This document shows positions 11,513 through 22,852 of a DNA stretch of 64,000 nucleotides, piece after piece (within the stretch, counting starts at the first letter, position 1; every line of letters begins with the position of its first letter). The notes below the pieces were generated by a model. That model had not been told where the DNA came from and searched no databases. It was given only the letters and a program-made list of their open reading frames with translations. Source of the DNA: an uncultured delta proteobacterium (GTDB lineage: Bacteria > Myxococcota_A > Polyangia > Palsa-1104). The DNA lies in NCBI GenBank assembly GCA_963785725.1, contig CAWAWS010000015.1:192001-256000 (forward strand), in the 5' to 3' direction. The translations under genes and the position numbers were made by a program.

Positions 11513-14042
11513 ATGGCTCACCTGTCCGACAGCATCGTCGCCACCTTCACGGCGGGACAGGCGACGGCCGACGAAATCGAAGAGGTCGAGACGCATTTGG
11601 CCGGCTGTGCCGATTGCCGCGAGCTGGTGGCGCAATTGGCGGGCCTGCAGTCGCCACCGCCGTCCGATCACACGCTCTTGACGCCGCGTCCCGAGCACCC
11701 GCCGTCGCTGGCGGACGACGATGATGATGACGACGACGCGCCGCGCCGCAAGCGCCCACAGCCGACGCTGCCGCCGGGCACGATCCTGGCCGAGCGCTAC
11801 CGCATCGTCCATTTCGTCGCCCAGGGCGGCATGGGCGAGGTCTACGCCGCCGAGGACAACGAGCTACGCGAGACGCTGGCGCTGAAGATTCCCGCGCGCG
11901 GCGCCGTCGCCGACACCGATCTCTTGGCGCGCCTGAAGCGCGAAGTCTTACTGGCGCGGCGCATTGCGCACCCCAACGTCTGTCGCATCTTCGACGTCGG
12001 CTTTCACCGCGACGGCGCGCGTTCGATCGTGTTCTTGACGATGGAGCTGCTCGAAGGCGAGACGCTGGCCGCCAAGCTCCGTCGCGACGGCGCGCTGCCG
12101 GCCAAGGAGGCGCTGCCGCTGGCCGCGCAGCTCGTCGCCGGCTTGGCCGCCGCGCACGACAACGGCGTCATTCACCGCGACTTCAAGAGCAACAACGTCA
12201 TCCTCGTGCCCAGCGACGGGCCGGCGCCGCGCGCGGTGATCATCGACTTCGGCTTGGCCCGCGGCGAAGGCGGGCTCGACGCGTTCTCGCTCGGCTCGAT
12301 GTCGCGCGCGCTCGTCGGCACGCCGCACTATCTGGCGCCCGAGCAGCTGCAAGGCGCGCCCGCCAGCGTCGCCACCGACATTCACGCGCTCGGTGTCGTG
12401 CTCTTCGAATTGGTGACCGGGCGCCTGCCGTTCTCGGGCGCGACGCCGCGCGAGGCGGCCATGCGGCGGCTGCAAGAAGAGGCGCCGCGCGCGCGTTCGC
12501 TGGTCCCGCAGCTGAGCGCGGCCTGGGACGACGTCATCGCGCGCTGCCTCGAGCGCGACCCGGCGCAGCGCTTCGCCGACGTGCGCGCGGTCGGCAAAGC
12601 GCTGTCGCGACGACGCTGGCGGCCGCGACCGGGCTGGCGCACGGCGGCGAGCCTCTGCGGCGCGCTGGCGTTGGCGTGGGCGGGCACGGCGCTTTGGCAC
12701 GAGCGCGAGCGGGCGGCGGCGGCGCGACCGCGGCCGTCGCTGGCGATCGTCGACGCGGCCTTGTGGCGCGACGACGCGCCGTGGACGACGACGGCCGTCG
12801 CCGATGCGCCTGACCGCCGCCCTGGCCGCCGACGGCGACGTGCGCCTCGCCGACGCCGACGCGGTCGTGGCAGCGGCGGCGGAGCGGCGTGGCGACGGCG
12901 CGAGCGGCCTGCCGGCGTTGGCGCGGCGGCTCCATGTCGATCGTGTGGCGCTCGTCGACGCGTCGTTGGGCGAGCACGGGCGCATGCATGGCGAGGTGGC
13001 CTTGTGGTCGGCCGATCCGGCGCAGTCGCCGCGGCTGCTCGGCGAAGACGGCACGTTCGACGAGATTTCGGCGCGGCTGCGCGGCCAGCTGCGCACGGCG
13101 CTGCAGCGGCCCGCGCATGACACGACCGCGCCGCGCCATTTCGAGCCCGAGCGGCTGCAGCTGGCCGCCGAAGCCACGCGCCGGCAGCGGCGCGGCGACG
13201 ACGCGGGCGCCGTCGATCGCTGGCGGCGTGCGCTGGCGTCGGGCGCGCTCGACGCCGACTGGGGCGGCGCGCTCGCCCAGGCGCTCGACCGGCTCGGCTT
13301 TGCCGCCGCCGCGCGCCAAGAGCGCACGCGAGCGCTGGCCGTCGCCGAGCCGCCGCGTCTGCGCCGCCGCTTGACCGCCGATGCGGCGCGCGCCGACGGT
13401 CAATGGGCACAGCTGGCGACGATCGCGCGCGCCGCCTGGGCCGAGCACGACGACGACACGATGGCCGCCTTGGTGCTGCTCGAAGCCCAACGCGCGCTCG
13501 GTGACGTCGCCGGCGCGCACGCGACGCTGGCTCGTTTACGCGCGGCGCCGGCCGCCGAACGCGACGACGTGGCGCTCAATCTCGCGGCCGCGCGCCTGGC
13601 GCTCGCGACCGGCGAAGCGACGACCGCGCGCGCGGAAGCCGCCGCCGCCGCAACCGCCGCGCGCCGCGAGGGCGCGACCGCGCGCCTCGCCGACGCCCGC
13701 CGCCTCGAGAGCGCCGCGCTCTTGGCCGGCGGCGCGCCCGAGCCGGCGCGCTCGGCCGCCGAGGAGTCGCTGGCGCTGGCCGAGCAGCTGGCCGATCCGC
13801 TGCGCATCAGCGACGCCTTGGCGACGCGCGCGCTCGTCGAGATTCAGTCGGGCCAGCTCGACGCCGCCCGCGTGTCGCTGGCCGATGCGCTCGACCGCGC
13901 GCGCACGCTCGGCCAGGCCGAGCGCATGGCGCGGCTGCTGCTCGACCTGGCCGCGGTCGCGCGCCGGCAAAACCGCCCCGACGACGCCGCCCACTGGCTC
14001 GACCAATGGCGCGCGCTCGCCGCCGCCCGCAGCACGCCATAG
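11513..14042 (+). CDS. Ser/Thr kinase with N-terminal HxxxCxxC zinc finger, TM segment and Ala-rich TPR-like C-terminus; frameshifted near 12800
   Basis: HLAGCADC; QGGMGEV, ALK, HRDFKSNN, DFG, YLAPE; C-terminal half continues in ORF 12804..14042. Confidence 0.85.
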
Positions 14043-14055
14043 CGGCACCCGCGCT

Positions 14056-14070
14056 GAGGCTGGCAGCCAC
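14056..14070. promoter_or_regulatory. Palindromic site GAGGCTGGCAGCCAC, candidate activator-binding enhancer
   Basis: 16-nt exact match (14055-14070) to 23234-23249; about 110 bp upstream of a sigma54-like promoter. Confidence 0.6.
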
Positions 14071-14144
14071 ACGGTTGACTGGGAGAAGACACCCCCGACG
14101 ACCCTTCGCGTTTACGTAACTCGGCGTACGACAAAGGTTTGCGA

Positions 14145-14161
14145 TCGGCGCGCGTTTTGCT
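14145..14161 (+). promoter_or_regulatory. Sigma54-type -24/-12 promoter for the pilin-Hint gene
   Basis: TCGGCGCGCGTTTTGCT with GG-N10-GC spacing, followed by RBS GGAGGG (14174-14179) and TTG at 14185. Confidence 0.6.
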
Positions 14162-14184
14162 CTTGGGCAAGCCGGAGGGTTTGC

Positions 14185-16056
14185 TTGACCAGATCAACAC
14201 GCATTCGGCGCTCTTCGCGGGGTGCCTCGGGGATCGAATACGTCATCGCGCTGGTGCTCGTCTGCATGACGGTGATCGTCGGCTATCGCGCGTTCGGCAA
14301 GCGCGTCCGCTGCCGCATGGGCCTGGCCACGTCGGCGATGGCGCTCGACGGCAGCAAAGGCGAGAGCTGCGACGACGACGACGGCGCGCTCGCGCAGAAT
14401 GGTCCCTCCGGCAACGGCGGCAACAGCAACGGCCCGGCCGGACCGTCGGTCAGCGTCGAGTGCGAGCCGTGCAAGGTCAAAGGGCCCAACGGCGAGCCAG
14501 GCTGCTTCGTCGCCGGCACCAGCGTCATGACCGAGGCTGGGCCGCGTCCGATCGAGACGATCGCCGTGGGCACGACGGTGTTGACGCGCGATCAGCTCGG
14601 CGGCGAGCTGGAGTGGCGACCGGTCTTGCGCACCTTCGTTCACGACGTGCATGCGCCTCTGGTGCGCCTCACGGTCGCGACCGCCGAAGGCGTCGAGGAC
14701 ACGCTGGTGGCGACCGCCAATCATCCGCTGCAGAGCGACGAGCGCGGCTGGGTCGCCGCGGGCGAGCTGGTGCCCGGCCGCGACCACCTCCTCGATGCCG
14801 ACGGCGAGCGGCTCGCGGTGCTCGACGGCGAGACGCTGTCGAGCAACGAGCGCGTCTACAACTTCGAGGTCGAAGAGGCGCACACCTACTATGTCGGCCG
14901 GCTGCGGGTCTGGGCGCACAACGATTGCACCAAGCTGCAGCCGCCGTCGGCGGACACGAACACCGGACCGACCGTCTTGCCGCCGACGCCGGGGCCGACG
15001 CCGTCTACCACGACGACGCCGCCGCCGTCGACGACGCCGACGACGACGCCGACGCCGTCTACCACGACGACGCCGCCCCCGCCGCCTTCGTCGTCGACCG
15101 GAACGACCGGCGAACGGAACGGGTCGAATCATCAGTATCCGCCGGCGCCGGCCACCACCGGCGGCGGGTCGGGCGGCAACGGTCCCGGCGGCAGTGGCTC
15201 GGCCGGAAGCGGCGGCTCGGGTGGCGGCAAGTCGAGCCCGAGCCAGACGGCTGAGAAGTACACGGGCCTCGGTCAGAACGGCATCGACGTGCTCAACGGC
15301 GGCTTCGACGCGGCGAACAAGGGCGGCAACGTGGTCGGCCAGTCCAGCTCGATCACCCAGGCCATCGGCGGCGGCCTCGGCCTCGCGAATCAGGGGCTCG
15401 GTCTCTACAACCGGCCCAAGCCCAATCCGTTGAACCCCGGCAATCCGCCGCCGCCCATCGACAAGTGGGGCTTGGCGGGCGACGGAATCGCCAACGGCGC
15501 CGACGTCGTCGGCGGCATCAGCGGCGCCGTGGGTGGCTTCACCGGCAACTCGCAGGCGTCGACCATCGGCAGCTGGGCCAGCAGCGTCGGCAACGGCGTG
15601 TCGTCGCTCAACGGATTCCGGCAGGCGTGGAACTCGTGGAACGACGGCGAGCGGCGCGAGTTCATCAAGTATCTGATCGGCGCGACCGCCGACGGGTTCG
15701 GCTCGGCGCAGAACGCCATGCAAGCGCTCGGTCTGGCCGGCACGACGCAGTCCAACCTGCAGATCACGTCCGGCGTCCTCGCGATCATCGCGGCCGGGCT
15801 CGAGCCCGACGGCGTGCTCGCCACCTGGTTCAACAACGGCATGAACGCGTGGCGCGGCAACCAGCCGCCGCCGCCGCCTCCGCCGACGCCGAACCCGGTC
15901 GGGCCGCCGCCGATTTCGCTGACGCCGCCGGACAGCCCGCCGCCGGCGCAGCTGGGACCGCCCGATCCCAACCATCTCCAGCCGCCGCCGGTGAACAACG
16001 ACCCGGGCAACACGCCGCGGCCGCCACCGACGATCATCATCACGCCGCCCAACTAG
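14185..16056 (+). CDS. Flp-type prepilin fused to a Hint (bacterial intein-like) domain, Pro/Thr linker, Gly-rich helical domain and Pro-rich tail (about 623 aa)
   Basis: MTRSTRIRRSSRG|ASGIEYVIALVLV (basic leader, G-1, E+5, Y+6); Hint from CFVAGT (14503) through ATANHP to VYNFEVEEAHTYYVG..WAHN (14922). Confidence 0.88.
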   Translation: MTRSTRIRRSSRGASGIEYVIALVLVCMTVIVGYRAFGKRVRCRMGLATSAMALDGSKGESCDDDDGALAQNGPSGNGGNSNGPAGPSVSVECEPCKVKGPNGEPGCFVAGTSVMTEAGPRPIETIAVGTTVLTRDQLGGELEWRPVLRTFVHDVHAPLVRLTVATAEGVEDTLVATANHPLQSDERGWVAAGELVPGRDHLLDADGERLAVLDGETLSSNERVYNFEVEEAHTYYVGRLRVWAHNDCTKLQPPSADTNTGPTVLPPTPGPTPSTTTTPPPSTTPTTTPTPSTTTTPPPPPSSSTGTTGERNGSNHQYPPAPATTGGGSGGNGPGGSGSAGSGGSGGGKSSPSQTAEKYTGLGQNGIDVLNGGFDAANKGGNVVGQSSSITQAIGGGLGLANQGLGLYNRPKPNPLNPGNPPPPIDKWGLAGDGIANGADVVGGISGAVGGFTGNSQASTIGSWASSVGNGVSSLNGFRQAWNSWNDGERREFIKYLIGATADGFGSAQNAMQALGLAGTTQSNLQITSGVLAIIAAGLEPDGVLATWFNNGMNAWRGNQPPPPPPPTPNPVGPPPISLTPPDSPPPAQLGPPDPNHLQPPPVNNDPGNTPRPPPTIIITPPN

Positions 16057-16129
16057 ATCTCATGCCGGCCGGAACGCGCGCAAGGCACGCGTTGACAGTC
16101 GCACGCCTTCGCGATCACACTTGGGTCAC

Positions 16130-17482
<1,353 letters not shown>

Positions 17483-17540
17483 ATCGGCTGACGCGTCCGC
17501 CGTCGCGCGCGCCCTGCGGCGCAAGTAAACGGGTGTTTAC

Positions 17541-18999
17541 TTAGGCCAGCGGCTCGTGGCCGAACAGGCGCAACAGCCAGTGCAGCCAGCGCGGCCAGCG
17601 GCTCGGTGGCGCGCGTCGCGACAACACCGTCACCTGCGGCTCGAGCGGCCGGCTGCTGCGTGGCGCGTCGATGCGCGTCGGCTCGGCCTCGTCGTGCATC
17701 CCGATGTCGTCGAGCTTGGGCGGCGCGCCGAAGCCGAGCGGCGGCCCCGGCTCGTGCAGCGGCGACGGCTCGCCCGTGACCGTCGGCTCGTACTCGGTGC
17801 CGAGCGGCGGCGCCTCTTGAATCATGCTCAGCTCGAAGCGCATCGCGTCGTTGTCCTTCGACGGATCGATCGGGAGCGCCGGCTGCGATGATCGAGTGAT
17901 CGGCGGTCTCTTCGTCCTGCAGCAGCTGCGGCTCTTCAGTGTCGCTGTTGTACGTGCCCGAGCGGTCGGCGTCGTGGCGCTTCTCGAGCTCGTCGAGCAC
18001 GAAGCCGGTGAACGCCTCGCCGCCCGAGTGCTGCGCCGCGCGCCAGGCGTCGACCGTGAGCGCGAACAGCTCGCGCATGTAGCGCGCCAGCCCGACCGGC
18101 GACACCGGCAGCTTCTGCTCGCGCGCGAACGACTCCAGCGCCAGCTGCAGCTCTTCGGCGGTCTGAAAGCGATCTTCGACGCGCAGGCTCAAGCCCTTCA
18201 TCAAGATCGCCTCTAACGCTGGCGGATAATCGGGCTCGATGCTGCTCGGCTTGGGCACGTCGGCGTTGGCGACGGCCTTCAAGAGGCCGAGCGGGCTCTT
18301 GGGATCGAAGAGGCGGCGGCCCAACGTCAATTCCCACAAGACGATCGAGACCGAGAAGACGTCGGAGCGGCGATCGATGGCGCCACCCAAGCACTGCTCG
18401 GGCGACATATAGGGGATCTTGCCTTTGATGGTGCGGTTGCGCGTCTCGATGAGGCGGCGCGCGGCCTTGGCGATGCCGAAGTCGACGACTTTGACGCTGC
18501 CGTCGTACGTGACCGAGATGTTGTGCGGCGAGATGTCGCGATGGACGATGTAAAGCGGCTGCCCGTCGAGCGCGACCCGTTCGTGCGCATAATGCAGGCC
18601 GGCGCACATGCCGAGCCCGATCGACAGCGCGTGCTCGAGCGGGATGCGCACGTTCTTGGCCTGCGCGTGCTTCATCAGGCGCGCGACGTCTTCGCCGTGG
18701 AGGTACTCCATGGCGATGTAGTAGCCGCCGTAATCCTCACCGAAGTCGTAGGTCTGCACGATGTTGGCGTGCTGCAGCGTCGCCGCCAGCCGCGCCTCGT
18801 CGAGGAACATGGCGATGTACTTTTGATACGTCGCCAGCTGCGGCCGCACGCGCTTGATGACCACGAGCCGCTCGATGCCGACGAGACCGGTGGCGCGCGC
18901 CAAGAACAGCTCGGCCATGCCGCCTTGGGCCAACGGCCGCAGAACTTCGTACTTGCCGATACGGGCCGGCACCGTCGACTGACCGGTGGTCACCGTCAC
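17541..18999 (-). CDS. Ser/Thr protein kinase without obvious TM helix, frameshifted near 17880; acidic Thr-containing tail
   Basis: QGGMAEL, VVIK, HRDISPHN, DFG, YMSPE; tail continues in ORF 17541..17843, and the uncorrected frame would overlap the convergent activator gene. Confidence 0.88.
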
Positions 19000-19151
19000 G
19001 TCGCTCGCGCCTGCAAACTACTTTGAGTACCAACCCTAAGCATTGCTGGACACAGAATGTACTACTCGGCTTCGGGCTGCGGCAAGGGGACGCGTCTGAA
19101 AGTGCTAGCGGGAGTAGGGGTTCGTACGGATAGCGAGAAGACGCGACTGGG

Positions 19152-19385
19152 TCAGTGCGACTGGCTGCAGACGAGGCCGATGCAGCCGTCGTCGGCAGGC
19201 TTGAGCTGCGTGTTGCTCGAGCCGGTGCATTCGGACGCGTGGTCGCCCGCCGCCATCTTGCAGCGCGCGATGCGGCCGAACTCGTAGACGACCTTCAAGC
19301 CGGCGATGGCGATGAACATGACGACGATGATCCACTCGACGGCGGCGGCGCCGCGCGTGCGGGCACGGAGCTGATGACGGGCCAT
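19152..19385 (-). CDS. Small Cys-containing Flp-like minor pilin (77 aa)
   Basis: GGAGG RBS; MARHQLRARTRG|AAAVEWIIVVMFIAIAGL; four Cys in the C-terminal half. Confidence 0.8.
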   Translation of the reverse strand: MARHQLRARTRGAAAVEWIIVVMFIAIAGLKVVYEFGRIARCKMAAGDHASECTGSSNTQLKPADDGCIGLVCSQSH

Positions 19386-19387
19386 GC

Positions 19388-20266
19388 TCAACCTCCCTTG
19401 GCGATGACGGCCAGGTCGACTTTCATGGGGTCGACTTGATCGATCGAGAGGATGACGGTGCGCGCGCCCTGGTCGAAGCGCATGGTGACGCTGGCGTTGG
19501 AGCTCTTGGCGAAGCGCGGATCCTCGACCCAGTCGTGCTGCTTCATGGCGAACGCCAGCTGCGTCGCGACGCCCGAGACCGAGCCCTGTCCTTCGTAGAC
19601 GCGCGTGCTCCACGGCTTGCCCTTCTCGTCGAGCGCCAACACACGCTGCAGACCGGGGAGGCGCGGCACGTTGGGGATGTCGCCGCCGTCGACGTCGACG
19701 CCGTGCGGCGGCATCAGCTTGTCGAGCGAGAAGCGCGTGTCGGTCCACAGCGTCAAAAAGCGCGTGCCGCCGCCCGGCTCTTTGTGCCACTGGACGAAGC
19801 GGACTTGGCCGATGTCGCCGATGCGATGGCTCTTCAAGAACTTGAGGTAGCGATCTTTCAAGCTCGCCAGTGACAAGTCTTTGCCGAAGTCGAAGGCCAC
19901 GAGGCCGCCTTCGTCGTCGGTGCCGAAGGCCAGCTCGGTCGGCGGCGCCTTCTTGCCCGTCTGCGCCGCGATCTTCCGCAGCGCGTCCTGCGAGCTCGCA
20001 TATTGATCGACGTAGAAGTCTTTGACGCGCGCGCCTTGGTGCGGCGTCGAGCCCACGGCCACGTGCAAGAGCTGACCGTTGATGGCGACGGTGCGCGGCT
20101 CTTCGGTGGTGCGCTTGTCGTCGAGATAGGGCGCCATGTTCTTGCCGAAGTTCAGAAAGCCGTCGAACACCGAGCCTTCGGCGGGGCGCGGCGTCAAGAC
20201 GAGCGCGGCGATGGGCGCGACCGCCGCGATGAACGTCGTCAAACGCAAGATCGGCTTCCACCTCAC
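19388..20266 (-). CDS. Exported hypothetical protein within the pilin operon
   Basis: N-terminal hydrophobic signal; coupled to both neighbours; no recognisable family motif. Confidence 0.75.
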   Translation of the reverse strand: MRWKPILRLTTFIAAVAPIAALVLTPRPAEGSVFDGFLNFGKNMAPYLDDKRTTEEPRTVAINGQLLHVAVGSTPHQGARVKDFYVDQYASSQDALRKIAAQTGKKAPPTELAFGTDDEGGLVAFDFGKDLSLASLKDRYLKFLKSHRIGDIGQVRFVQWHKEPGGGTRFLTLWTDTRFSLDKLMPPHGVDVDGGDIPNVPRLPGLQRVLALDEKGKPWSTRVYEGQGSVSGVATQLAFAMKQHDWVEDPRFAKSSNASVTMRFDQGARTVILSIDQVDPMKVDLAVIAKGG

Positions 20267-20772
20267 GGCTGCACCTCCAGCTCTTTGAACGCGAACGGCG
20301 TCATGACGTCGAGCAGCGAGCTGTCGGGCGTCGGCAGCTTGTCATTGCAGTGCAAGAACGTGCGGCCGGCGATCTCCTTCGACGTAAAGCCGTAGCCGCC
20401 TTGCTCTTTGGCGGCGGTGCGGCCGACGCGCGCGTCGATGCTCGACGTCGCCTCGAGGAACGAGCCGCGCGCCGCTTCCGGCAAGATGAGGTACGCGGCC
20501 ATCGTCTCGTCGCCGAGCGTGCCCAAGGAGGCGAGCGTCGCCGCCGAGATCGCGCTCGGCACCATCGTCGTGTCGCACTGACCCGACGTCGCGTGCGCCC
20601 AGGCTTCGGTGCGCGACTCGTGCAGGACCTGCTGCGCCATCAAATACTGAATGCGAAAGTGGTTGATGGCGGCCCACGTGAAGATGAGCAGCGGGCAGAT
20701 GATGGCCAGCTCGACCATGGCCGTGCCGCGTTGCCGGCGATTGCGAGACCGTCGCGCGCGTGTCGTCGTCAT
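20263..20772 (-). CDS. tadE: TadE/TadF-like pseudopilin (169 aa)
   Basis: MTTTRARRSRNRRQRG|TAMVELAIICPLLIF; TAATG overlap with the upstream gene. Confidence 0.82.
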   Translation of the reverse strand: MTTTRARRSRNRRQRGTAMVELAIICPLLIFTWAAINHFRIQYLMAQQVLHESRTEAWAHATSGQCDTTMVPSAISAATLASLGTLGDETMAAYLILPEAARGSFLEATSSIDARVGRTAAKEQGGYGFTSKEIAGRTFLHCNDKLPTPDSSLLDVMTPFAFKELEVQP

Positions 20773-21932
20773 TAGTGGATCCACACTTTGTCGAGGATGG
20801 CGTTCAACGGGCCGGCGGTGAGGAACTTGAGCGGACCGAAGTCTTTGGCCTGCGACAGGATGAGGCGCGCGCGCCAGTCCATGTGCCACAGGTCTTCTTC
20901 TTTGCTGCCGCCGTAGCCGTAGACGCTCGCCTCCGACGTCGCCAGCATCCACTTGGCCGTCGCTTCCGGCGCGTCGCCGTACTGCGAAGCGGCGGCGACG
21001 AGATAGGCGCGGCGATCGTCGGGCTTGGAGTCGTCGAGGAAGCTGACGGCCTTGATGCGCGCCGTCGTCTGCCAATCGGGCGTGAGGATCTGCGGGATGA
21101 CGCCGTATTCGCCGCCGCAGGTCTCGGCCGCGCCGATGGCCAACGCCGCCGGCGACAGGCCGGCGATGATGAGCTTGCCCTCCGGCGGAATCTCCTTCGG
21201 CAGCTGCAAGAGGCCGATGGGGCCGAACGCCAAGCCGTACTCCTCTTTCTGCGGCGACGGGCCGCACACTTGATTGGGCGCGCCGTCCATCGCCGGAATC
21301 ACGGGCTTAATCGGATCGAGCACGGTGACGAGGCCCGGCAAGCGCTTGGCGTAGGCGTCATTCATGCTGACCTCTTCGGCCTCGACGGCGACGAGGATGG
21401 CGCCGGTCTTCTCGAGCTCCTTGGCGGCGTTGGCGATGGTCTTGATGCGACCGGCGAGCTCGCTGGCGGCGGCCTCGTAGCGCGCGGCGATCTCCTCGGC
21501 GATGCCCGAGTCGACGATGGCGCAGTCGGGCGCGTCGCCGATGCAGTAGGTGCCGAGCGACGCGGCCTCGAGCGTGCCGATGGCGGCGATGAAGCCGATG
21601 ATGGCGCCGCCGAGCCCGTTGAGCGTGTAGACCATGGCCATGCCGCAGGCGACGGCGAGGTTGCACCACGCGATCGAGTTCAGCGTCTTGGCCTCGGCGG
21701 CGGCGCCGGCGAAGGCGGCCGCGTCGACCGCGGCCTGGATGGTCTCCTTCTGCATGTAGCGGCGGCCGACGGCGATGACGAAGAACACCAGCGCCGAGAC
21801 GAAGAGCATGCAGACGGCGTAGAGGATAGCCACGTGGCCGCGCTCGTCGCGGTGCAAGCGCACGAACAGGCGCTTCGTGACGCGGCTGCGCAGCCGACCG
21901 AGGAATCCCGACGTCGAAGGTTTGGCGCGCAT
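20772..21932 (-). CDS. tadG: TadG-like pilus tip protein
   Basis: RDERG|HVAILYAVCMLF..IAVGR....IQAAVDAAAFAGA Tad-domain motif; no E+5, as is typical of TadG. Confidence 0.82.
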   Translation of the reverse strand: MRAKPSTSGFLGRLRSRVTKRLFVRLHRDERGHVAILYAVCMLFVSALVFFVIAVGRRYMQKETIQAAVDAAAFAGAAAEAKTLNSIAWCNLAVACGMAMVYTLNGLGGAIIGFIAAIGTLEAASLGTYCIGDAPDCAIVDSGIAEEIAARYEAAASELAGRIKTIANAAKELEKTGAILVAVEAEEVSMNDAYAKRLPGLVTVLDPIKPVIPAMDGAPNQVCGPSPQKEEYGLAFGPIGLLQLPKEIPPEGKLIIAGLSPAALAIGAAETCGGEYGVIPQILTPDWQTTARIKAVSFLDDSKPDDRRAYLVAAASQYGDAPEATAKWMLATSEASVYGYGGSKEEDLWHMDWRARLILSQAKDFGPLKFLTAGPLNAILDKVWIH

Positions 21933-21933
21933 G

Positions 21934-22533
21934 TCAGATGATCTTCCGCGGGTTGAGCTCGGGGTTCGGTCGGCCCTGTTTCGTCAGCGTGTGCTGCGCG
22001 CGCAAAATCAGATAGCGACCGTCGCCGGGCGTGATGTTCGCTTTGTGCAAATCTTCCTGCGCCGCCGACGGCAGGTCGCTGATCGGCCCGCAGAAGTAGC
22101 GGCTCGCGATGGGCACCGTGCAGTGATAGGCGTAGACGACGCGCACGGTGATCTGCGCGTCGTACTGGTCGGTGCCGAAGCGGCTCTCGGAGATGATGAC
22201 GCCGGTGTTCTTCGACGCCTCGGCCCAGCCGCCGCCCTTGCCGAACGAGTCGGCGATGGAGTTGCCTTGCGGCGCGATCGGCAAGATGGCGTAGACGGCG
22301 GCGTCGCGGATCGACTCGTTGTGCGCTTGATGGCCGTTCTCCTCTTCGTCGGGCACGACGACGATGGCGGCGCGCGCCGCGGCTTGCGCCGCGTAGTGCA
22401 CCGTCAGCTTCGCCACCGATAGCAGCGCGAGCTGAATGACGCCCGTGAAGATCATCATGAACGGGATGATGGCGATGACGAATTCGACCGCCACCATACC
22501 GCGCGGTCGTGCAGCACTACGCAGGCGTCGCAT
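21934..22533 (-). CDS. tadE: TadE-like pseudopilin
   Basis: RPRG|MVAVEFVIAIIPFMMIFTGVIQLAL....VHYAAQAAARAA. Confidence 0.88.
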   Translation of the reverse strand: MRRLRSAARPRGMVAVEFVIAIIPFMMIFTGVIQLALLSVAKLTVHYAAQAAARAAIVVVPDEEENGHQAHNESIRDAAVYAILPIAPQGNSIADSFGKGGGWAEASKNTGVIISESRFGTDQYDAQITVRVVYAYHCTVPIASRYFCGPISDLPSAAQEDLHKANITPGDGRYLILRAQHTLTKQGRPNPELNPRKII

Positions 22534-22607
22534 GGGCGGCTCCGTTCCGAAGGCGCGACGGTCTCCCGTCGCGCCTTCGTGGCGAGCGTACGGTTGCTGG
22601 CTCGTTG

Positions 22608-22826
22608 TTACTCGAGGACCTGAACCGACGTGAAGTGCTGGTCGGCCGACGAGACGGCGCCCTTGAACTTCGAGCCGAACGCCTTGAACACGGCGATGCC
22701 GGTGATGGCGATGAAGATGAGGACGATGATGTACTCGACCGAGCTCGCACCCTTCTGCTTGTTGAGCTTGCGGGCGATCTTCTTCATCGAGCGGTTCTCC
22801 ATCTTGGCGAGCGCGAGGGTCTTCAT
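22608..22826 (-). CDS. flp: Flp major pilin (72 aa)
   Basis: AGGAG RBS; ..KLNKQKG|ASSVEYIIVLIFIAITGIAVFKAFG (Flp E+5/Y+6 motif). Confidence 0.9.
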   Translation of the reverse strand: MKTLALAKMENRSMKKIARKLNKQKGASSVEYIIVLIFIAITGIAVFKAFGSKFKGAVSSADQHFTSVQVLE

Positions 22827-22852
22827 GGTCGTTTCTCCTGGTTGTGTGAAAT

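Noticed and set aside
13381..14184. N-terminal 268 aa of the 891-aa ORF
   Set aside because: Shadow frame over the kinase C-terminus and the promoter; RBS and prepilin leader indicate a start at 14185
14503..14922. Mobile intein with homing endonuclease
   Set aside because: Only 140 aa, no endonuclease insert, +1 residue is Asp, and the host is not a conserved enzyme; fits a BIL/pre-toxin Hint domain
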